From a virus (taxonomy: Duplodnaviria; Caudoviricetes), in the IMG/VR virus record IMGVR_UViG_3300008954_000202, positions 1 to 29,173 of that record: 29,173 bases of DNA. The stretch is one strand, 5' to 3'. The notes beneath the pieces were generated by a model that saw nothing but the letters and a program-made list of their open reading frames with translations, had not been told where the DNA came from and did no database searches. Made by a program: the position numbers and the translations under genes. This document shows, piece after piece, positions 23,325-29,173 of this stretch (position 1 is the first letter of the stretch; every line of letters starts with the position of its first letter).

Positions 23325-25076
23325 ATGGCAACCGATCCCCGAGCTATCCACGGGCCGCCCAAGGACACCGCCGACCTATATGTCGAGCATTTGCCCTGGG
23401 CAATGGACATCGCCACGCCGGCGGCGATCCTCGAGCCGAGCGTCACCGAGGAAGGCGCGGGCCATGAGCCGCACGGCGTCGGCATGCCGCCTGACTACCG
23501 CCACGAAAACTACCACCGGCGCAAGCTGTTCGACTGGACGATGTTGATCGAGCAGGCGGCGATCTGGGTTCCTCGAGACACCTGGTCCGTGACCATCGGC
23601 GGCACCGTGGACGTGGGCGACCAGCGCCGGATTGCCGTCAGCGGCAACAACGTGGATCACACCGTCAGCGGCGAGGCGAGCAACACCGAGATCGCCGCGG
23701 CCTTTGTCCTGCTGCTGCGAGCCGATGCCAACGTGAACCCGCTCTGCCACGTCTACAACGAGGGGCCGATCGTCTACCTGGTCAACAAGGGCGCGGCCGG
23801 CCTGACCATGACCGTGGTGGGCTCGATCCTGGCCGACGTGGGCGCCGCCGACGCGACGTGCGCGCATGCCAACGTGGAGGCCCCCCTCTACGCCAGGCCC
23901 AACGAGTCGGTCGCTAGTTCGGCGCTGGGCCTGGTCTGGGGCAGCGAAGAAATGGACGACGACGGCGACGTGGCGCACGACGCCCGTATGCTGTTCGACA
24001 AGGTGAACGCGGCCTTTCGTGCCGGCCAGGTCCAGTCGACGCAATGGGACGTCGGCAACCGCGGCCAGAACAGCGCGGCCTTCGGCTTCAACTGCACCGC
24101 CAGCGGCACCAGCTCGCTGGCGGCCGGCCTGGCGAGCGCGGCGACCGCAGCTCGAGCGATCGCCCTGGGCGACACCGCCACGGCCGACAAGGACGACAGC
24201 CTGGCGATCGGTCCCAACTCCACCGCCGGCGGCGCAGGCGCAGGCAAGGCCACGGCGATCGGCGAGTATTGCCAGGCCACCGGCACCAACGCCGCGGCGA
24301 TCGGCAGCGGCACGGTGGGCACGCCCAACCTGGCGAGCGGCGCACGCTCGACCACGACCGGCGCACAGAACACGGTTGGCGGCTCGGATTCTCACTCCCT
24401 GGGAAGCGTCAACGTGATCGCCGGCAACGGTAGCCACGCGGTCGGCCACAACAACGAGATCAACGACCACGACAGCGTGGCTGTGGGCGACCATCACGAA
24501 TTGAACGACGAGGCCTGGGCGGTTGGCACCGGGGCCGTGGTCGGCGGTCGGTATGGCATGGCCCTGGGCCGCGACTGCGACGTGAACGGCGAGCGAGCCA
24601 CGGCGATGGGCTACCAGGCCGATGCGGCGATCGATCGCGCCCTGGCCTACAGCTCGCAATACTGGACCGCTCGAGGCGACCGGCAGACCTACCTGACGAC
24701 GCTCAACCAAGCGACGACCAACGCCACGCCGGCACAGGTCCAGATCGCCGGCACCAACGACAAGCTGGCGATCCCCAACAACACGGTCTGGACCGGCACG
24801 ATCTGGTTGGGCGCTCGCTGCGACGGCGGCGCGGGCGGCAACGCCGGCAAGAGCTGGGGGGCCAAGGCCGACTTCTGCTTCAAGTGCGACGGGGCCGGCA
24901 ACGTCACCGATCTGGGGGCGTTCGCTGCAACGGCCTTCAACGGCGACGCCCTGGGCTACGTGCTGACCGTTGACCTGACCGCCGCCAACGTCGTGCGGTT
25001 CCTGTTCACCGGCGCGGCCACCGACGACGTGAAGGTGTGCGCCACCGCTCGCTGGTCGAGCATCACCGAGGCGTGA
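23325..25076 (+). CDS. tail fibre/adhesin with YadA-head-like beta-roll repeats
   Basis: After the wedge genes; ~14-aa repeats S.A.G..N.A.G (aa ~245-445); RMLFDK..AFRAG..QWD motif; beta-rich C-terminal domain. Confidence 0.75.
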   Translation: MATDPRAIHGPPKDTADLYVEHLPWAMDIATPAAILEPSVTEEGAGHEPHGVGMPPDYRHENYHRRKLFDWTMLIEQAAIWVPRDTWSVTIGGTVDVGDQRRIAVSGNNVDHTVSGEASNTEIAAAFVLLLRADANVNPLCHVYNEGPIVYLVNKGAAGLTMTVVGSILADVGAADATCAHANVEAPLYARPNESVASSALGLVWGSEEMDDDGDVAHDARMLFDKVNAAFRAGQVQSTQWDVGNRGQNSAAFGFNCTASGTSSLAAGLASAATAARAIALGDTATADKDDSLAIGPNSTAGGAGAGKATAIGEYCQATGTNAAAIGSGTVGTPNLASGARSTTTGAQNTVGGSDSHSLGSVNVIAGNGSHAVGHNNEINDHDSVAVGDHHELNDEAWAVGTGAVVGGRYGMALGRDCDVNGERATAMGYQADAAIDRALAYSSQYWTARGDRQTYLTTLNQATTNATPAQVQIAGTNDKLAIPNNTVWTGTIWLGARCDGGAGGNAGKSWGAKADFCFKCDGAGNVTDLGAFAATAFNGDALGYVLTVDLTAANVVRFLFTGAATDDVKVCATARWSSITEA

Positions 25077-25107
25077 TAGGTTCTGTTCCGCAAAGTCAAG
25101 GGGGGAA

Positions 25108-25842
25108 ATGATGGCCCAGAGCATGAAGGCGACGACGAGCAGCCAGGACCGCAATGTCCTGGTGATCACGGTCGCGACCAACGCGAGCGGCGCAGGCAAG
25201 AAGTTGACCGCGATCGTGGACGGCAAGCTGGCCGAATACACCACGGTCGGGGCCGACACGCCCACCATTGCCGCGGCTGGCCTGGCGGCCGCCCTGGTGA
25301 TCGCCCTGGGCGGCGGCTACGTGGTCGAGCCGGTCGCCGGCGTGATCACCGTCACCCGCACCGGCGTGAACACCGACGCCAACGAGATCCACGGCCAGGT
25401 GGTCGGCACCGACGTGGGGTTCCAGACCATCACGATCGACAGCCAGGGCATGGGCCGCCGCCTGGTGGCCGACGCCACCGCGGCCGTGCTGGGCGGCGGC
25501 GCAGCTGCGGACGGCGGCTGGGACGTTGACCAGGACAGCGCCAAGCGCCTGCCGTCGCCGGTGCGGCTCCACGCCCGGCTGACCAACGGCACCGGCGTGG
25601 TGGCCGACCAGAAGGGGCGCTGGCGGCTCAGCTGCTACAGCAAGACCGCCGGCTGGTTCGACCACCCCACGTTCGGCACGCGCACGATCACCGAGGGCAC
25701 CGGCGAGGGCTGGACCGAGGACGTGGTCGAGGTCGAGTTGTACGGCGTTGAGCGCGTGCGGCCGTACCTGCTCGACAACGCCACGCCCGGCGCGAACCTG
25801 GCCGCCGGCGTCCTGTTCGACTGCTGGGGCATCGTCCTCTGA
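25108..25842 (+). CDS. putative virion structural/fibre-associated protein
   Basis: Beta-rich; N-terminal module resembles the sheath/decoration insertions; follows the fibre gene. Confidence 0.6.
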   Translation: MMAQSMKATTSSQDRNVLVITVATNASGAGKKLTAIVDGKLAEYTTVGADTPTIAAAGLAAALVIALGGGYVVEPVAGVITVTRTGVNTDANEIHGQVVGTDVGFQTITIDSQGMGRRLVADATAAVLGGGAAADGGWDVDQDSAKRLPSPVRLHARLTNGTGVVADQKGRWRLSCYSKTAGWFDHPTFGTRTITEGTGEGWTEDVVEVELYGVERVRPYLLDNATPGANLAAGVLFDCWGIVL

Positions 25843-25857
25843 ACCTGGGAGCCGCCC

Positions 25858-26169
25858 ATGCTCACCGGGTTGATCAACGGCATGATCTCAGCGATGCACG
25901 GCCCGGCCGTGCGCTGTCGCCCCGTGCTGGCAGCTGAGACGCCCCAGGAGCCGCTCGAGCCGCTCGAGGCACCACCGACGCCACCCGAGCCGACGCCGAC
26001 GCCTGAGCCGGCCCAGGAGCCGCCAGAGCGATGGGCCGTCCGCGTGCGCGGCAAGCGTGCGGCGCGGCTCAGATCCGATCCGGATTTCATCTTGGCCGAG
26101 CCTTTGCGGCGCGGCCTGTTTCGCGTGGTCATGGCTCGCAAGGTGCGCGGGGCTAAGCGGCATCCGTAG
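25858..26169 (+). CDS. hypothetical protein with Pro/Glu-rich linker
   Basis: GGGAG RBS; EPLEPLEAPPTPPEPTPTPEP. Confidence 0.5.
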   Translation: MLTGLINGMISAMHGPAVRCRPVLAAETPQEPLEPLEAPPTPPEPTPTPEPAQEPPERWAVRVRGKRAARLRSDPDFILAEPLRRGLFRVVMARKVRGAKRHP

Positions 26170-26209
26170 AAACTACGGATCGACCCGCGGCAAAGCCGTC
26201 TGTTAGCGT
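26162..26209 (+). promoter_or_regulatory. operator-like palindrome abutting a putative lysis-cassette promoter
   Basis: ATCCGTAG-AAA-CTACGGAT (26162-26180) then TCGACC-N18-TAGCGT with extended -10 TG. Confidence 0.45.
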
Positions 26210-26229
26210 GTTCGGCCAAGGGGGCCACA

Positions 26230-26775
26230 ATGACCGAGATCCTGGAACACGTCGCCAAGATGGACATGCAGGGCATTCTGGCCCTGTCCCTGCTGGTGGT
26301 GATCGCGGCCGGCTACAAGACCCTGGATTGGTGGATCAAGACCAGGCTCGAGGCCAAGAAGGCCGACAAGGACGACGCTCGCCGCGAGCGGCGCACCCGC
26401 GAGCTGAGCAACTCCTTGGCCGTCAACCTCGAGGCGCAGCGACGGCTTCACACTGAGAGTCATGAACAGCTGCTGGTCATGTTCCGCGAGGACCGCGCAG
26501 CTCTGGCGGCCTCGCTGGTCGAGACTCTCGACGGGATCGGCACGTTCGGCGAGGCCGATCGGGTCAAGCTCACCAAGGTCCACAACGCGCACCTGGGCGA
26601 CGGTGCCAGGCGCACGGACGGCACGCTGCGATGGCATGGCAGCGAGGTGGCCGAGCAGGCCGTGATCGAGGCTCGCGACGGCACGCGCAAGCTGTTGGAT
26701 ATGGCAACCGAGCAGCGCGACGCAACCAAGGAACAAGGCCGCCTACTGGCGCGGCTCGAGGCAAGGGCACCATGA
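26230..26775 (+). CDS. membrane-anchored protein (holin/antiholin candidate)
   Basis: Single N-terminal hydrophobic helix GILALSLLVVIAAGY then a charged helical domain; ATGA-coupled to the peptidase gene. Confidence 0.55.
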   Translation: MTEILEHVAKMDMQGILALSLLVVIAAGYKTLDWWIKTRLEAKKADKDDARRERRTRELSNSLAVNLEAQRRLHTESHEQLLVMFREDRAALAASLVETLDGIGTFGEADRVKLTKVHNAHLGDGARRTDGTLRWHGSEVAEQAVIEARDGTRKLLDMATEQRDATKEQGRLLARLEARAP

Positions 26776-27551
26776 GCAAAGACCGGGCGCTGCGAGCGCT
26801 GAGCCACCACGATCGACGCCTGGCAAAGCTGGGCCAGGCCTGCGAGTTGCTCGTGCCTGGCCGGTTCGACGCCGAGGCCTGGGCCGTCATGGACCCGCAG
26901 CTCGACGAGGTGGCCGAGGCCGTCAAGATCGTGCAGAGCTATGGCCGCGCCGCGTACCCGGCCTGGGCCGGCAAAGCCGACAGTTGGCCCGCCGACAACT
27001 TCTACGCCGTCCTCTGGAACCTGACCAAGCCGACGCAGGACGAAACCTGGGCCAAGCTGCTCGAGGCCGCCAACGGCCCCGACACCATCTACCGGATGCG
27101 CAAGGCCTATTCGCCCGACTGGTTCGATCCGGTCTGGGATCCCCAGGGCAAGGGCGGCGACTGTTCGGGCCTGGTGGCGTTTGGCCTGGACCGCGACAAG
27201 GACGGCGGCGACGACTGGCAGAACGCGGCCGGCCAGGATCTCTGGCTGCACACCGGGAGCATCTACAGCGACGCGATGGGCCGGCAGCTGCTGTTCCGCA
27301 GGCTCGACGCGCCCGAGCCGGGCTGCCTGTTCACCTACCCCGACCGCCCCAAGAGCGAGGGCGGCGGCCAGGGGCACACCGGCGGGATCCTCGAGCTGGA
27401 CGGCCTGGGCGTGCCTGGTCCCGGCGTCGATTGCAGCTACAAGCAGGGCAAGAAGGGCGACGCGATCCGCGTGCGCAGCATGGCGTGGACCGTGGGCAGC
27501 TACGCCCGCGGCCGGCGCATCATCTTCGTGAAGCCCGTCTGGTGGAGGTAG
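26772..27551 (+). CDS. putative endolysin, NlpC/P60-CHAP cysteine peptidase
   Basis: DCSGLV (catalytic Cys) and GHTGGI (His); lysis-module position; start reassigned to ATG 26772. Confidence 0.7.
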   Translation: MSKDRALRALSHHDRRLAKLGQACELLVPGRFDAEAWAVMDPQLDEVAEAVKIVQSYGRAAYPAWAGKADSWPADNFYAVLWNLTKPTQDETWAKLLEAANGPDTIYRMRKAYSPDWFDPVWDPQGKGGDCSGLVAFGLDRDKDGGDDWQNAAGQDLWLHTGSIYSDAMGRQLLFRRLDAPEPGCLFTYPDRPKSEGGGQGHTGGILELDGLGVPGPGVDCSYKQGKKGDAIRVRSMAWTVGSYARGRRIIFVKPVWWR

Positions 27552-27555
27552 GCGC

Positions 27556-28113
27556 ATGCAACTCGACACGCTGACCGCCCATGAGCCGGACGGGACGCCA
27601 GGGTTGCGAGCCTGGCACCCGCGGGTCCACGCAAGCCAGGCTCTGTTCGGCCACCTGGACGGGAAGGTCAACGGGTCGGTTACGCCTATCGAGCTGAAAT
27701 ACCAGCCGGCCGCCGGCGAGTATTTTCACTTGGCCCGTATGCTGGTGACGATCAAGGACAATGCCAACTTCAAGGCCGACGAATACGGCGGCCGCGCCGC
27801 GCTCGCCAACGGCGTGAAGCTGACGATCAAGGACGCCGCCGACAACGTGGTCCTGGACTTGACGCCAGGGCACACCGTCCAGACGACGAGCGGCTGGGCC
27901 GAGGAGGCCTCGCTGTTCCAGTATCTCGACTTCGGATCCGGCAGCGTCAACCAGGCGGTCGCGACCTGGCAGTTCACCGACGACCTGGACGGCCACACGC
28001 TCGACCTGGACGGCAGCAAGGGCGAGTATTTCAGCATCCTGATCAGCGACGATCTAACCAGCCTAGCGGCCCACGAATTCCATTTCCGCGGCCGCAAGAC
28101 GGCCAGCAAGTAG
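27556..28113 (+). CDS. hypothetical protein (soluble, beta-rich)
   Basis: GGAGGT RBS, typical codon usage, no recognised motif. Confidence 0.7.
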   Translation: MQLDTLTAHEPDGTPGLRAWHPRVHASQALFGHLDGKVNGSVTPIELKYQPAAGEYFHLARMLVTIKDNANFKADEYGGRAALANGVKLTIKDAADNVVLDLTPGHTVQTTSGWAEEASLFQYLDFGSGSVNQAVATWQFTDDLDGHTLDLDGSKGEYFSILISDDLTSLAAHEFHFRGRKTASK

Positions 28114-28121
28114 GGGGCACC

Positions 28122-28337
28122 GTGGCCGAGTTTTTCAAGCGCACCAGCTCGCGCAAGTTCCTGGCGTTCCTGGCAACGCAGGCCCTGCTGGCCGTGCTGG
28201 CGTTCACCCACCCCGAGCTGGCCGAGTCGAGCATCTGGGCGATGGTCGCCACGTTCGGCGGCTACGCCGGCGCTCAGGGCCTGGTCGACCGCGCACGCGC
28301 CGGCATCGTCCAGGCACCGCCCGACGATGCCCCCTGA
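28122..28337 (+). CDS. putative holin (2 TM)
   Basis: 71 aa; SSRKFLA start followed by two hydrophobic helices. Confidence 0.6.
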   Translation: MAEFFKRTSSRKFLAFLATQALLAVLAFTHPELAESSIWAMVATFGGYAGAQGLVDRARAGIVQAPPDDAP

Positions 28338-28356
28338 CCCGCCGAGGTTGCAGCCT

Positions 28357-28710
28357 ATGATCTACGTCCTGACCGGCCTGGTGGCCGCTTGCATCGTCCT
28401 GGGGGCGCTCTGGCGGCTGTCAGCTGCGCAACGCGACAACGCCCGCGGCGAGCGCGACCAGCTGACCAAGGACGTGGCCGCCGAGAAGAAACGCACCGGC
28501 CAGGCCGAGGCCGACGCAGAGCAGGCCAGGCACCAGGCCTGCGAGCTGGCGGCCGCGCTCGAGCAGCACCAGGCGACCCGCCGGCGGATCAGCAAGCGCG
28601 AGTCCATCGTGCGCGAGAAGGCCGCCACGGCCGCCGGCAAGCTCGAGCCCGACGACGACACCGCCGCAGCTGCGGCCGCGGCGATCAACCGAGCGCGGGG
28701 CAGGACATGA
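28357..28710 (+). CDS. putative i-spanin (Rz-like)
   Basis: N-terminal TM MIYVLTGLVAACIVLGALW followed by a coiled coil; start reassigned to ATG 28357. Confidence 0.6.
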   Translation: MIYVLTGLVAACIVLGALWRLSAAQRDNARGERDQLTKDVAAEKKRTGQAEADAEQARHQACELAAALEQHQATRRRISKRESIVREKAATAAGKLEPDDDTAAAAAAAINRARGRT

Positions 28711-29117
28711 AGGGGCACGCCGCAGCGGCGGTTCTGCTGGGCCTGCTGGCCGTGCCTGAGCCTGGCCTTGGCAACCCCTGCACCAAGGCCGCCGGTGTCG
28801 CCAGCGGCCGCACAGCGCCTTGCACGGGCGTGCTACTGCCCACCGCCGACGCGCTCGCCGGCGAGCGATGCGTGCTGGTCGATCTGCCCCTGGCTCGAGC
28901 TGCGACCGAGACTACGGCAGCCAACTGCGCGAACGACGCCCGCCTGGCGGCGCACCGCCTGCGAGCGTGCCAAGCGGAGGTGGCGGGCCTGCGCAGCCGC
29001 AAGGCCGTGATCGTGACCGTCGAGAAGCCCCCCGCCTGGTGGCAGTCGCCGTTCCTCTGGGGCGCTGTCGGCCTGGTCGCCGGCGGGGCAGCTGTGCGAT
29101 TGACCCTCGCCAGGTGA
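28707..29117 (+). CDS. exported Cys-rich protein with C-terminal membrane anchor (atypical spanin partner candidate)
   Basis: ATGA overlap with the Rz-like gene; signal-like N-term, 5 Cys, short coiled coil, WWQSPFLWGAVGLVAGG TM. Confidence 0.55.
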   Translation: MKGHAAAAVLLGLLAVPEPGLGNPCTKAAGVASGRTAPCTGVLLPTADALAGERCVLVDLPLARAATETTAANCANDARLAAHRLRACQAEVAGLRSRKAVIVTVEKPPAWWQSPFLWGAVGLVAGGAAVRLTLAR

Positions 29118-29173
29118 GGCCGTATCCTCGCGCCTGGTAGGGCTTGATCCTTCCGTGTTCACCGAGGCGGGCC

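Noticed and set aside
19908-23351. 1147-aa minus-strand ORF (also 5685-7928, 10018-11793, 14955-16634, 23376-25268)
   Set aside because: Antisense shadows of high-GC3 plus-strand genes; no recognisable motifs, and they fully overlap well-supported structural genes
14418-25842. Tailocin/eCIS/T6SS-like contractile system
   Set aside because: Terminase, portal, protease and capsid genes are contiguous and intact, so this is a complete phage morphogenesis module
23325-25842. Diversity-generating retroelement or invertible fibre cassette
   Set aside because: No reverse transcriptase, invertase or template/variable repeat pair seen in the window
1-29173. Host assignment (e.g. Myxococcota) and prophage versus free phage status
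   Set aside because: High GC and spanin-like genes only suggest a diderm host; no host genes, integrase or att sites are present to decide

Overview
High-GC (about 70% by eye) window that is almost entirely one + strand morphogenesis-and-lysis region of a contractile-tailed (myovirus-type) phage or prophage. Gene order: a tripartite ParB-like/double-methyltransferase gene, small ORFs, TerS, TerL, portal (DUF1073-like), a 913-aa MuF head protein fused to an R-S-E ADP-ribosyltransferase, prohead protease/scaffold (DUF2213-like), an enlarged head-decoration protein, major capsid (DUF2184-like), neck genes, sheath (DUF3383-like), tube, chaperones, tape measure, baseplate, a YadA-repeat fibre, and a lysis cassette. 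No integrase, replication genes, tRNA or CRISPR array are visible. Most interesting: (1) a MuF-ART toxin with no immunity gene but a C-terminal tail rich in the [R/K]-x-D motif that also crowds the scaffold and the portal/capsid N-termini, suggesting activation by the prohead protease; (2) one roughly 100-aa module apparently inserted into head-decoration (two nested copies), sheath and fibre proteins; (3) a phosphorothioation-associated-type MTase domain fused into the ParB-MTase; (4) strong palindrome skew (no CTGCAG or CCCGGG seen, CTCGAG very abundant); (5) a structured leader before the tape-measure gene. All family calls come from motif recognition and synteny by eye; no searches were run.
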